NCBI GenBank assembly: GCA_964502995.1
Contig: CAZCZB010000006.1
Location: 16,057 to 80,056 of the forward strand
Source of the DNA: an uncultured Dehalococcoidia bacterium
GTDB lineage: Bacteria > Chloroflexota > Dehalococcoidia > Lucifugimonadales > UBA3495
Direction: 5' to 3'
DNA: 64,000 nucleotides
A program made the translations under genes and the position numbers. Each line of letters opens with the position of its first letter. Within the stretch, counting starts at the first letter, position 1. Positions 53,326 through 62,296 of this stretch are shown one piece after another. The notes below the pieces were generated by a model. The model did not search any database, was not told the DNA's origin, and saw only the letters and a program-made list of their open reading frames with translations.

Positions 53326-54177
53326 ATGGCCATTCTGGGACGCATCGGGACTTCGGTAAGAGATACGTTGACGGGAACATTGGAAGGGACCGGCCGCGTG
53401 GGCAACGTGGCAATCGACACGGTGCGGGACACGACAGCCAACTCGCTGCGCAGTGCCAGATCGGTCGGTGGCGAATTGGGCGGACTGGCGCAGGATGCAG
53501 TGGTTGGCACGCTCCACGCCGTGGGCAATGTCAGCGGCACCGCCGGATCAGTAGTCAGGGATTCCACCATCGGCGTGATTCAAGGCGTGGGGATGGTGGG
53601 AACCGCCACGACGACCATGCTCCACGACGTGGTGGTGGGCGCGATTCGAGGATCCAGCGACGCCGGGGCGGAACTGGGCACGGCCACCCAACAGGCGGTT
53701 GAGGGCGCCCTGCGCGGAGGCGCGTCCGTGGGGTTGGCGGCGGAAGAATCGGTGGTGCAGGTGACCCGCGGCACCATTGACGGTACCAGGGAAATCGGCG
53801 GCGCGCTGTCGGAAGCCGCTCGCGCCACCGTCGCCGGCGTCGTAACGGCGGTTGCGGGAACGGCCGGGGACGTCACCGCCGCCACCACCGCGACGACTCG
53901 GCAGTTGGTGAGCAGCGCAGCCCAGACCGGAGAGGACGTGGCGCAGGTGGCGGTATCGGCGGTGAACGGGGCCATCGACGCCGCCCGGACCACGGGCCAA
54001 AATGTGGAGCAGACCGCTACCGCAGCCGCCACCGGGGCGATTGACGCGGCCTACGACGTGAGCGACGCGGCCGGCGACGCGGTGCGCAACGCCGTTACCG
54101 GAACGGTCAGCGGGGTTCGCGTGGTGGTGGACTCGGCCTACGGGCAGTCCAGCAGCGAACGCGGCAACCGCTCGTAG
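53326..54177 (+). CDS. Repeat protein: twelve consecutive 22-residue repeats (Gly/Ala/Thr/Val-rich)
   Basis: The track ORF runs 53323..54177. In track numbering, Gly (or N/Q) recurs exactly every 22 residues: G18, N40, G62, G84, G106, G128, G150, G172, Q194, G216, G238, G260. The unit is approximately [DQAS]x[VT]xG[ATV][ILV]x[GA]xxxxGxx[VL]xxxxx. Confidence 0.7.
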   Translation: MAILGRIGTSVRDTLTGTLEGTGRVGNVAIDTVRDTTANSLRSARSVGGELGGLAQDAVVGTLHAVGNVSGTAGSVVRDSTIGVIQGVGMVGTATTTMLHDVVVGAIRGSSDAGAELGTATQQAVEGALRGGASVGLAAEESVVQVTRGTIDGTREIGGALSEAARATVAGVVTAVAGTAGDVTAATTATTRQLVSSAAQTGEDVAQVAVSAVNGAIDAARTTGQNVEQTATAAATGAIDAAYDVSDAAGDAVRNAVTGTVSGVRVVVDSAYGQSSSERGNRS

Positions 54178-54293
54178 ATTCGCCCAAAAGCGACGTGAAA
54201 AGGGGACGCCGGCGAATCGCCGGCGTCCCCTTTTTTCTGCGGAGATTCCAACCGGCTCCCATGGTGGGCCGGCAGGGCGATGGTTCGGTCGGT

Positions 54294-54743
54294 TCAGCCG
54301 CCGGAGCGCCATCGCAGGCGGGCGCCGACTTCGGTAAAGCCGGCCCGGCGGTAGAATTGAATCTGGCGGTCACCGTCGTATGGGGTTCCCAACTCCACGG
54401 TTTGGCAACCATGGTCGGCCGCGTGCTGCAGGGCGAAATTGAGGACGTCCATGCCGATGCCGGCGCTGCGCATCGCGGGTTCGACGAACATCTCCTGGAT
54501 GACGGCGTAGCGGCCGAGGGTGCGGAGAGCGTCCAGATAGGAGACGGTGCAGACCGCCACGATGCACCCGTCGTCCTCGCCGACTGCGATGAATCCAACG
54601 TCTTCGCGGGAGATGATCCGGTCGTAAGTTGGCGCGTAGTCCTGCGCCGGAGGAGGAGTCGCGCCGAGTTCGGCCAGCAGACCGCGCACCAATTCCACCG
54701 CGGCGTCGCGGTCGTCCGGGGTTGCGAGTCTGACGTTGGTCAC
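54294..54743 (-). CDS. GNAT family N-acetyltransferase
   Basis: Track ORF of 149 aa containing IQEMFVEPAMRSAGIGMDVLNFALQHAADHGC (the acetyl-CoA binding Q/RxxGxG/A motif). Confidence 0.85.
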   Translation of the reverse strand: MTNVRLATPDDRDAAVELVRGLLAELGATPPPAQDYAPTYDRIISREDVGFIAVGEDDGCIVAVCTVSYLDALRTLGRYAVIQEMFVEPAMRSAGIGMDVLNFALQHAADHGCQTVELGTPYDGDRQIQFYRRAGFTEVGARLRWRSGG

Positions 54744-54776
54744 GCCTTTGCCTTCCTGTGATCCGAACGGACGGAA

Positions 54777-55199
54777 TCAGCGTTCCGCGATTTCCTGACG
54801 CAGACGGTCTTCCTGTTCACGCAGCTCCAGGGGCACGGCATCGGCGAAGTCTTCCAGTTCGTACAGCGGTCGGATCTCGATTTCGCTGGGCCCCGACATT
54901 GGATTGGGACAGCGTTTCACCCACTCCAAGGCTTCATCCATATCCTTCACGTCCCACAGCCAGAAACCGGCGACCAGTTCGTTCACCGCCGGGAATGGCC
55001 CGTTGACCACGGTCCGGTCTGACCCATCGAACCTGATGCGCCGGCCCTCCGACGAAGGTTTGAGCCCTTCTCCGGCCAGCATGATTCCGGCTTCGACCAG
55101 TGCCGCGTTGTAATCTCCCATCGCCTTGAACAGGTCGGCCGAGGGCATTATTCCTGCTTCGCTGTCCGCCGTAGCCTTAACCAGCACCATAACGCGCAT
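54777..55199 (-). CDS. YCII-related (DGPF) domain protein
   Basis: The track ORF 54777..55430 is trimmed to the ATG at 55199, which has GGAGG 8 nt upstream; the longer form would read through tRNA-Lys. It contains MRVMVLVKAT and VAGFWLWDVKDMDEALEWVKRCP. Confidence 0.8.
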   Translation of the reverse strand: MRVMVLVKATADSEAGIMPSADLFKAMGDYNAALVEAGIMLAGEGLKPSSEGRRIRFDGSDRTVVNGPFPAVNELVAGFWLWDVKDMDEALEWVKRCPNPMSGPSEIEIRPLYELEDFADAVPLELREQEDRLRQEIAER

Positions 55200-55369
55200 T
55201 GTGTCGCCTCCAATGGGATCGGTATTGGGCAGCGTTACGATACTGGCGTTCTGCCTGATCGACGCCTGAGCCCGCAGCAGCGGCGGATAATAATTCGCCC
55301 CTGTGATGGAAAACGGCCTGATTTTCAACAGTAAATCAGCGATGCACAGGCGCACGGGCACCGATGGAG

Positions 55370-55445
55370 TGGTGGGCCGTGTGGGGGTCGAACCCACGAC
55401 ACCCGGATTAAAAGTCCGGTGCTCTACCAACTGAGCTAACGGCCC
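55370..55445 (-). tRNA. tRNA-Lys (anticodon TTT), CCA encoded
   Basis: The minus strand reads GGGCCGT-TA-GCTC-AGTTGGTA-GAGC-A-CCGGA-CTTTTAA-TCCGG-GTGTC-GTGGG-TTCGACC-CCCAC-ACGGCCC-A-CCA. Confidence 0.92.
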
Positions 55446-55473
55446 AAAAACCGTCTTTGCAACGGCCGAAATC

Positions 55474-55482
55474 AGTATAGCA
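55474..55482 (-). promoter_or_regulatory. Extended -10 TGCTATACT for tRNA-Lys
   Basis: The minus strand reads CTATGCTATACTGATTTCGG, about 29 nt upstream of the tRNA 5' end. It shares a 15-mer with the hisF upstream region. Confidence 0.45.
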
Positions 55483-55550
55483 TAGGCTTATCAGCCCACC
55501 GGTGAGCCAGGTCGTGCTTGGATTGCGCGAAAATTCTTCGGCCGGCACCC

Positions 55551-55579
55551 TTGCCAACGGGTGGATAATGGTGGATAAT
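55551..55579 (+). promoter_or_regulatory. Promoter TTGCCA-17-GATAAT driving the 5S rRNA
   Basis: TTGCCA at 55551..55556 and GATAAT at 55574..55579, about 11 nt before the 5S 5' end. The spacer contains the tandem GTGGATAATG x2. Confidence 0.55.
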
Positions 55580-55590
55580 GACGGAGCTAA

Positions 55591-55712
55591 CTTTCTGGTG
55601 GTTCAAGCGGGGTGGCACCACCCGTTCCCATCCCGAACACGGAAGTGAAACGCCCCAGCGCCGACGATACTGCTCTGGTGACGGAGTGGGAAAATAGGTC
55701 ACCGCCGGGAAG
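55591..55712 (+). rRNA. rrf: 5S ribosomal RNA
   Basis: Contains CCCGTTCCCATCCCGAACACGGAAGTGAAACGCCCCAGCGCCGA(C)GATACTGC, matching the universal 5S loop B/C-helix III-loop E core. Helix I closes 55591..55602 with 55701..55712. The ends are accurate to about 3 nt. Confidence 0.9.
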
Positions 55713-55730
55713 TGTTAGCCAGATGGCGAG

Positions 55731-55750
55731 GGAGCGGATTCGTCCGCTCC
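55731..55750 (+). terminator. UUCG-tetraloop hairpin downstream of 5S
   Basis: GGAGCGGA-ttcg-TCCGCTCC, 19 nt after the 5S 3' end, with no U-run. Confidence 0.35.
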
Positions 55751-55967
55751 GCCATCGTGACACTAAACAGTCCCCGCATATCGCGACGCCCAGCGTTGGC
55801 GCTACCGTGGGGCTCCACGAATTGTTCCAAACGGGGCGGGCGTGATGGTACACGAAGGAACGGCTGGCTGTCCGAAAAAATCGCTGTTGGGCAACTGAAC
55901 CCATTTGGGGTGGCTTCGCCGTTGCGTGATCGGCGAAAATGCCACTTTTATTTTTGCCCAAATGCGT

Positions 55968-55980
55968 TAGAATGACGGCA
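55968..55980 (+). promoter_or_regulatory. -10 TAGAAT (motif TAGAATGACGGCA) upstream of clpC
   Basis: Identical 13-mer to the pgi upstream region. It is preceded by an AT-rich tract, AAAATGCCACTTTTATTTTTGCC. Confidence 0.4.
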
Positions 55981-56032
55981 CGAACGTAATCCTCCGGCAG
56001 ATCACTCGCTTATCCCAACCCAGGAGAGACTC

Positions 56033-58507
56033 ATGGGCAGCAGGTTCGAGAAGTTTTCGGAAAGGGCACGTCGGGTTTTGTCCCTGGCCCAGGAAGAAGC
56101 GCAGCGGTTCAACCACAACTACATCGGCACCGAGCACATTCTGCTGGGTCTGGTACGAGAAACCGAAGGTGTAGCCGCACGAGTGCTGTCTGGCCTGAGC
56201 GTTGACCTGACGAAGGTGCGCTCGGCCGTTGAGTTCATCATTGGACGCGGAGAGCGTCCGGCGCAGGGCGAAATCGGTCTGACCCCCAGGGCCAAGAAGG
56301 TCGTGGAGTTGGCGGTTGACGAAGCCCGCCGGATGAACCACACCTACATCGGGACCGAGCACCTGCTGATCGGCCTCCTGCGAGAGGGCGAGGGCGTTGC
56401 CGCCGGTGTCCTAGAGAGCCTGGGCGTCAACCTGGAAAAGGTACGCGCCGAGACCCACCGCATCCTCAGCAACTCCGGCAGCGGCAGTTCGACCAGCTCC
56501 CGCTCCAACACTCGCACCCCCACGCTGGACCAGTTGGGCGTCGATCTGACCAACGCGGCGCTGGGCGGCAAGCTTGACCCCGTGGTTGGCCGGGATACCG
56601 AGATCGAGCGGGTCACACAGATTCTCAGCCGCCGCACCAAGAACAACCCGGTGCTGGTTGGCGAGCCGGGCGTAGGCAAAACCGCCATCGTCGAAGCGAT
56701 GGCGCAGCAGATATCCTCGGGCGACGTGCCCGAAACCCTGCAGGGCAAGCGCCTGGTGACGCTGGACATGGGCGCGCTGGTGGCCGGCACCAAGTACCGG
56801 GGTGAATTCGAAGAGCGCCTGAAGAAGGTCATTGAGGAAATCAAGACCTCCGGCAACTGCGTCCTCTTCATCGACGAGATTCACACCCTGGTGGGGGCCG
56901 GCGCCGCAGAAGGCGCGGTTGACGCGTCGAACATCCTCAAACCGTCTCTGGCGCGCGGCGAGATCCAGTGCATCGGCGCCACCACGCTGGACGACTACCG
57001 CAAGTATGTGGAGCGCGACCCGGCGCTGGAGCGTCGCCTGCAGCCCGTCCGGGTTGAAGAACCCGACCCCGACATGACCGTGGACATTCTCCAGGGCGTG
57101 AAGGGACAGTACGAAGAGCACCATAACGTAGAGATCACCGACGACGCCGTCCGCGCTGCCGCCACGCTGTCCACTCGTTACATACCCGACCGCTTCCTGC
57201 CGGACAAGGCGATTGACCTGCTGGACGAGGCCGGCTCGCGGGTTCGCCTGCGGGGCAGCCACGCGCCGGAAGAAGTCAAAGAGGCCATGGAAGTCCTGGA
57301 GCGGGTTCGCAAGGAAAAGGACGAGGCCATCGCCGCGCAGCAGTACGAAGTCGCCGCCGAGTTGCGCGACCGCGAACTGCACCTTTCCGAGAACGTGGGC
57401 AACCTTGAGGCCGAGTGGAAGGCCGACCGCAGCAAGGAACGCGCCCAGGTAACCGAGGAAGACATTGCAGAAGTCGTGAGCATGTGGACCGGCATTCCGG
57501 TCACCCGCCTGGCGCAGGAAGAGACCGAGCGTCTCCTGCAGATGGAAGAGGAACTGCACAAGCGCATCATCGGCCAGGACGAGGCCATCGTCGGCATCGC
57601 CAAGGCGGTCCGTCGCGCCCGCGCCGGCCTGAAGGATCCGCGCCATCCCATCGGAGTGTTCCTGTTCCTGGGTCCCACCGGAGTCGGCAAGACCGAGTTG
57701 GTGCGAGCCATGGCAGAGTTCCTGTTTGGACACGAGGACAACATGATCCGGCTGGATATGTCGGAGTTCCAGGAGCGACACACCACCGCCCGTCTGATTG
57801 GCGCGCCTCCGGGCTACGTGGGCTACGACGAGGGCGGCCAGCTAACCGAGGGCGTGCGCAAGAAGAACTACTGCGCCATCCTGCTGGACGAAATTGAGAA
57901 GGCTCACCCCGAGATTTTCAACATCCTGCTCCAGATCTTCGACGCCGGCCAGTTGACCGACGCCCGGGGACGGCGGGTGGACTTCCGCAACTCGATCATC
58001 GTGATGACCAGCAACCTGGGCTCCGACCTGATCAAGCGGGACACCTCCATGGGGTTCGCGGTCAAATCCGACGAGGCCCAGACGGATCGCCAGGCATACG
58101 AGCGGATGAAGGACAAGGTGATGGACGAGGTCAAGCGGTTCTTCCGCCCCGAGTTCCTGAACCGCCTGGACGCCACAATCGTGTTCCACGCCCTGGATCA
58201 GAGCGAGATTCACCAGATCGTTGACCTGATGATGAACATGGTCCGGGAAGAACTGAAGGAACGCAACATCAACATCGAACTGACGGAAGCGGCACGCGAG
58301 CACCTGGGAGCCAACGGATTCGATCCGGTTCTGGGAGCGCGCCCGCTGCGCCGACTGATTCAGAACGAGGTTGAGGACCGGATGTCCGATGTCCTGCTCG
58401 GTGGAGAGTTGGAAGAAGGCGACACCGCGATCGTGGACCTGGACGACGATGGGAACATCATCATCAAGGTACGCAAGGAGGAAATGGCCGCGCTATCGCC
58501 GGCCTAA
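56033..58507 (+). CDS. clpC: ATP-dependent Clp protease ATP-binding subunit ClpC
   Basis: Track ORF of 824 aa after AGGAGA. It has two Clp_N repeats ([11 protein letters not shown] and [11 protein letters not shown]), AAA-1 GEPGVGKT, a UVR-like linker [14 protein letters not shown]-2 GPTGVGKTE, and a ClpB_D2-small domain. Confidence 0.95.
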   Translation: MGSRFEKFSERARRVLSLAQEEAQRFNHNYIGTEHILLGLVRETEGVAARVLSGLSVDLTKVRSAVEFIIGRGERPAQGEIGLTPRAKKVVELAVDEARRMNHTYIGTEHLLIGLLREGEGVAAGVLESLGVNLEKVRAETHRILSNSGSGSSTSSRSNTRTPTLDQLGVDLTNAALGGKLDPVVGRDTEIERVTQILSRRTKNNPVLVGEPGVGKTAIVEAMAQQISSGDVPETLQGKRLVTLDMGALVAGTKYRGEFEERLKKVIEEIKTSGNCVLFIDEIHTLVGAGAAEGAVDASNILKPSLARGEIQCIGATTLDDYRKYVERDPALERRLQPVRVEEPDPDMTVDILQGVKGQYEEHHNVEITDDAVRAAATLSTRYIPDRFLPDKAIDLLDEAGSRVRLRGSHAPEEVKEAMEVLERVRKEKDEAIAAQQYEVAAELRDRELHLSENVGNLEAEWKADRSKERAQVTEEDIAEVVSMWTGIPVTRLAQEETERLLQMEEELHKRIIGQDEAIVGIAKAVRRARAGLKDPRHPIGVFLFLGPTGVGKTELVRAMAEFLFGHEDNMIRLDMSEFQERHTTARLIGAPPGYVGYDEGGQLTEGVRKKNYCAILLDEIEKAHPEIFNILLQIFDAGQLTDARGRRVDFRNSIIVMTSNLGSDLIKRDTSMGFAVKSDEAQTDRQAYERMKDKVMDEVKRFFRPEFLNRLDATIVFHALDQSEIHQIVDLMMNMVREELKERNINIELTEAAREHLGANGFDPVLGARPLRRLIQNEVEDRMSDVLLGGELEEGDTAIVDLDDDGNIIIKVRKEEMAALSPA

Positions 58508-58547
58508 ATCCGAAAGCGGGTCGAACACCCAACCCAAGGAAAAATCC

Positions 58548-58571
58548 GGGGGCGTCATTATTGGCGCCCCC
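58548..58571. repeat. REP-like palindrome GGGGGCGTCA-ttat-TGGCGCCCCC
   Basis: Intergenic after clpC, related in its arms (GGGGGCG...CGCCCCC) to the 20041 and 17659 elements. Confidence 0.5.
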
Positions 58572-58690
58572 AAACGCTATAATCTTAACGACGAACATTC
58601 GCGACCGGGGCCGGCGCATACCCAGATTGACTGCGTTTCGCCCCCTTGTTACAGTCTGTCAACCATCTCGGTTAGCGATGAGGTGAAATA

Positions 58691-59827
58691 ATGGCCAGGC
58701 GTTTGCTCAAGGAACTGGAAAGGTCTTATGGGTTCGACGAAGTCGCTATCGTCCCCGGCGAAGTTACCATCAACCCGGAGATGACGTCGACTCAAATGAG
58801 CATCGGGCCGTACAGTTTTGAATCCCCGGTAATCGCTTCCGCGATGGACGGCTCGGTGTCCCCGAGGTTCGCGACGCTGATGCACGAAATGGGCGGCCTG
58901 GGCGCGCTGAACGGCGAGGGGCTTTACTCCCGCTACGAGGACCCCTACTCGGTTCTGGAAGAGATCATCTCGATGGACCAGAGCGAGGTCACCGAGTACC
59001 TGCAGGAAGTGTACAGCGAGCCCGTCAAGGAAAACCTGATCGGCGAGCGGGTGCGCGAGATCAAGCAGTCGGGCGCCGTCGCAGCCATTGCGTTCACGCC
59101 CCAGACCACCAAGAAATACAGTCCCCTGGCGGTGGAGGCCGGCGCCGACATCATCATCGTCCAGTCCACCGTCACCACGGCGCGCCACATGTCCCGCAGC
59201 TACCGCGGGCTGATATTCTCTGAGCTAATCAGCTCCCTGAACGTGCCGGTGGTCGTGGGCAATTGCGTCAGCTACAGCGTTGCCAGCGAGTTGATGGAAA
59301 CCGGCGTCGACGCCATCCTGGTTGGGGTCGGGCCCGGAGCGGCCTGCACCACCCGCGAGGTTACGGGCGTGGGCGTACCGCAGGTTACCGCTACGCTGGA
59401 ATGCGCCGCGGCGCGCGAGGACTATTTTGAGCGCACAGGCCGCTATGTCAGCGTCATAACCGACGGCGGGCTGCGGACCGGCGGCGACGTGTGCAAGGCC
59501 ATGGCCAGCGGAGCCGACGGCGTGATGCTGGGCACTCCGTTTGCCCAGGCTGCCGAGGCTCCCGGGCGCGGCTACAACTGGGGCATGGCCAACGCGCACC
59601 CCGAACTGCCGCGCGGCACCCGCATCAACGTGGGAACCAAGGGATCGCTGCGCCAGTTGCTCCACGGCCCCAGCAACGTGACCAACGGCACGCAGAACCT
59701 GGTGGGCGCGCTGCGCGTGGCCATGGGCATGTGCGGTTCCTACACGGTGCGTGATTTCCACAAAACCGAAATGGTGATCGCCCCGGCCATCAAAACCGAG
59801 GGCAAGCACTACCAGATGTTGGGCTGA
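58691..59827 (+). CDS. GuaB3-type IMP dehydrogenase-related protein (no CBS pair)
   Basis: Track ORF of 378 aa after GAGGTG, containing [44 protein letters not shown] and GADGVMLG. Confidence 0.88.
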   Translation: MARRLLKELERSYGFDEVAIVPGEVTINPEMTSTQMSIGPYSFESPVIASAMDGSVSPRFATLMHEMGGLGALNGEGLYSRYEDPYSVLEEIISMDQSEVTEYLQEVYSEPVKENLIGERVREIKQSGAVAAIAFTPQTTKKYSPLAVEAGADIIIVQSTVTTARHMSRSYRGLIFSELISSLNVPVVVGNCVSYSVASELMETGVDAILVGVGPGAACTTREVTGVGVPQVTATLECAAAREDYFERTGRYVSVITDGGLRTGGDVCKAMASGADGVMLGTPFAQAAEAPGRGYNWGMANAHPELPRGTRINVGTKGSLRQLLHGPSNVTNGTQNLVGALRVAMGMCGSYTVRDFHKTEMVIAPAIKTEGKHYQMLG

Positions 59828-59881
59828 TGTCAAACCCTTTCACCCTTTGATACCCGTTGTATCACGATTCGGAGGAAGCCA

Positions 59882-60418
59882 ATGACGACTGCAACCATCC
59901 AGATTCTGGACCCGCGTCCGGAGCACAAGACCGAGGAACGGGCGGCGGCCGGCCGGCTGCCGGGCCTTGCCGGCAAGACCATCGGCCTGCTGGAAAACCG
60001 CAAGTACCACTCCGACAACTTCCTGCAGGAACTGCAGGTGATCCTGGAGGAGGAGTACGCGGTGGAGAAGGTGCTGTACCTGCGCAAGTTCAGCTTCAGC
60101 GCCCCCTGCGCCGATGAGACCATCGACGAGTTGATCGCCGAGTGCGACGCGGTGGTGCATGGAATCGCGGATTGAGGGAGCTGCACGGCGTGGGGTCTCC
60201 ACGACACAGTAGTAACCGAGAGCCGCGGCGTTCCTTCCGTGAGCGTCATCACCGAGAGTTTCACCCGGGCCGCGCACGCCCGCGCGTCGTCGCTGGGTAT
60301 GCCAACCGTACAGATACTGGCGTTGCCCAGCCCCCTGGCGCCCCGTTCCATTCCGGAAGTTCGCCAGATGGCGCATGAGTACGCCGGACAGATCGCCGAG
60401 ATGCTAACCAACGACTAG
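59882..60418 (+). CDS. Predicted selenoprotein (178 codons, Sec at codon 98, motif U-G-S-C)
   Basis: The track ORF 59882..60175 stops at TGA 60173..60175. The same frame stays open for 80 more sense codons to TAG 60416..60418, and a SECIS-like hairpin follows the TGA. GGAGGA lies upstream of the ATG at 59882. Confidence 0.7.
60173..60205 (+). promoter_or_regulatory. Candidate bacterial SECIS element
   Basis: UGA GGGAGCUGCACGG CGUGG-GGUCU-CCACG. With the U of UGA as +1, the loop occupies +22..+26 (G23, U24), the same loop sequence and spacing as E. coli fdhF (from memory). Confidence 0.6.
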
Positions 60419-60436
60419 GCGCGCCGCCGGAATTCC

Positions 60437-61189
60437 ATGGGCCTTCGGGTCGTGAACTGGAATGTTGAATGGGCTACGCCCCGATCGGAGCGTAGCCCTG
60501 TAATTCTGTGCCGGATCGCCGAGCACGACCCGGACATCATCTGTCTCACGGAAACCAACGAAAGGCTGCTGGAAAATTTCGCCGGGCACACGATCCACTC
60601 GCTGCCCGACTATGGCCACCGGATGATCGAGGGCCGGCGCAAGGTGATGCTTTGGTCCCGCAAGCCCTGGCGGCCAGCGGCCGGATTTGGCAGGGCCACG
60701 TTTCCGCCCGGCCGTTACGTGGCCGGGACCACGGACACGTCGGACGGCCCGGTTACCGTGGTTGGGGTCTGCATTCCGTGGTCGGGGTCGCGAACCGGGC
60801 GATTTGGGGGCAACAGGGTCCAATGGGAGGACCACGAAAGCTACCTGGATGGCCTGGCCCAGTTGTTCAGCACAGGACTCAAAGGTAGGGTCGTGGTTGT
60901 CGGAGACTACAACCAGTCGATCGGGGGGCGCAATTCGGCGCCGGTGAGACTGCGCGAGAAGCTCAGGCGAACGTTCGATGATGCGGGGCTGAGTATTTCC
61001 ACGGCAGAGCTTGAATTTGCCGGGCGCCGGGCCATCGATCACATGGCGATTACGCCTGACCTGGAAGCCGGTGCGCCGACTGCCATCAGCAACCTTCGAG
61101 AGAGCGGCAGGAAATTGTCCGACCACTTCGGTGTCGTCGTGGATCTGTCAATCAAAAATATCCCGAACCAACAACAACCGGAAGAGTAA
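60437..61189 (+). CDS. Endonuclease/exonuclease/phosphatase (EEP) family protein
   Basis: Track ORF of 250 aa containing LRVVNWNVEW, DIICLTETN, VVVGDYN and a C-terminal SDHFGVVVDL. Confidence 0.85.
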   Translation: MGLRVVNWNVEWATPRSERSPVILCRIAEHDPDIICLTETNERLLENFAGHTIHSLPDYGHRMIEGRRKVMLWSRKPWRPAAGFGRATFPPGRYVAGTTDTSDGPVTVVGVCIPWSGSRTGRFGGNRVQWEDHESYLDGLAQLFSTGLKGRVVVVGDYNQSIGGRNSAPVRLREKLRRTFDDAGLSISTAELEFAGRRAIDHMAITPDLEAGAPTAISNLRESGRKLSDHFGVVVDLSIKNIPNQQQPEE

Positions 61190-61194
61190 CGCTT

Positions 61195-62268
61195 ATGTCC
61201 ACCAACTCCGCTGCCCTCAGTTCTCGGCGCATCGACGTGCCCGACACCTACGAGGCGATCCAGGACTATTACGAGGAACAGGGCTGGACCGACGGCATGC
61301 CCGTGGTTCCGGCCACCGAGGACGCCGTGCGCCGCATGCTTGGCCCCTGGGGCGAGGATCCATCGCTTTCGCTGGGGATCGCACAGCCTTCCAACGCCGA
61401 AGTGACCATTGAGAAAGTTGCGGTGAACGCCGTGATGGCGGGATGCCGGCCGGAGTATTTTCCGGTGGTGGTCGCCTGCGTCAAGGCTGCGTTGCAGGGT
61501 CCGTTCAACCTGGCGGGATGCCAGGCGACCACGGGCGGGGCCGCCCCGGTGGTGATAGTCAACGGCCCCATCGCCGAGCGGTTGGGGATCAACGGCGACT
61601 CGGGCGCATTTGGGCCCGGATACCGGTCCAACGCCACCATCGGCCGGGCGCTGCGGCTTTTCGTGCGCAACGTGGCCGGTCTGATCATCGGCGACATGGA
61701 CAAGGCGACGCTGGCGATGCCGGGCCGCTACTCGTTCTGTTTCGCGGAGAACGAGGCCCGCAGTCCGTGGGAACCGCGCCACGTCGAGTTGGGGCTGGAC
61801 CCTGAGGACAGCATGGTCACCCTTCATGCCATCCGTGCGTTCTACCCGATCATGGAGACCACCGTATCGCGGGGCATTGAGGTGCTGAACACGCTGGTGC
61901 AGGCGACAAGGGCCACCGGGTTCTCAAACTATTACCAGATTGGGACCGGGGCGCAGGTTACGCTGGTGCTGAGCCCGGAACACGCCGCCGAGATCGCGGC
62001 CGACGGTCTGAGCAAGCGGGACGTCCGGGAGTACATTTACGCCAACGCGCGAATGTCCATTGAGGAACTTTCCGGGTTGGGCCACTGGGGGAACCGCAAC
62101 TACCCGTCATGGATCGACGACAGCAAGCCCGACACGATGGTTCCCATCGCGCCGCGGGCCGAGGACATCGTCATCGTGGTGGCCGGGGGCGACGGACGGC
62201 ACTCGGCCTGGCTGGCCGGATGGGGCGTGACTCGGGTGGTGACCGAAAAGATCGATATCCCGAATTAA
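61195..62268 (+). CDS. Conserved hypothetical protein (357 aa), function unknown
   Basis: Track ORF starting 5 nt after the EEP stop. It contains GWTDGMPVVPATEDAV, VAVNAVMAGCRPEYFPVV, NLAGCQATTGGAAPVVIVNGP and FGPGYRSNATIGRALRL. I recognise this only as a recurrent unnamed family. Confidence 0.75.
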   Translation: MSTNSAALSSRRIDVPDTYEAIQDYYEEQGWTDGMPVVPATEDAVRRMLGPWGEDPSLSLGIAQPSNAEVTIEKVAVNAVMAGCRPEYFPVVVACVKAALQGPFNLAGCQATTGGAAPVVIVNGPIAERLGINGDSGAFGPGYRSNATIGRALRLFVRNVAGLIIGDMDKATLAMPGRYSFCFAENEARSPWEPRHVELGLDPEDSMVTLHAIRAFYPIMETTVSRGIEVLNTLVQATRATGFSNYYQIGTGAQVTLVLSPEHAAEIAADGLSKRDVREYIYANARMSIEELSGLGHWGNRNYPSWIDDSKPDTMVPIAPRAEDIVIVVAGGDGRHSAWLAGWGVTRVVTEKIDIPN

Positions 62269-62296
62269 TTCCCCGCGTATCGTCTCCACGCCATCG

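Noticed and set aside
54777-55430. 217-aa version of the YCII-domain ORF
   Set aside because: Its N-terminal 77 codons (MVEHRTFNPGVVGSTPTRP...) read through tRNA-Lys (55370..55445) and a non-coding stretch. An internal ATG at 55199 with GGAGG gives a normal 140-aa YCII protein.
55446-55590. The 3' end of a 23S rRNA upstream of the 5S gene
   Set aside because: The sequence shows no 23S-like conserved stretches. It contains the tRNA-Lys promoter on the opposite strand and a sigma70-type promoter for 5S.
56411-57781. 456-aa minus-strand ORF inside clpC
   Set aside because: It is an antisense shadow of clpC with no recognisable motifs.
60142-60378. 78-aa ORF in an alternative frame overlapping the 3' half of the selenoprotein gene
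   Set aside because: Its product is Arg/Gly/Pro-rich (MRRGGAWNRGLRELHGVGSPRHSSNREPRR...) and it has no SD. The frame continuous with 59882..60175 gives a protein-like sequence and is supported by the SECIS-like hairpin.
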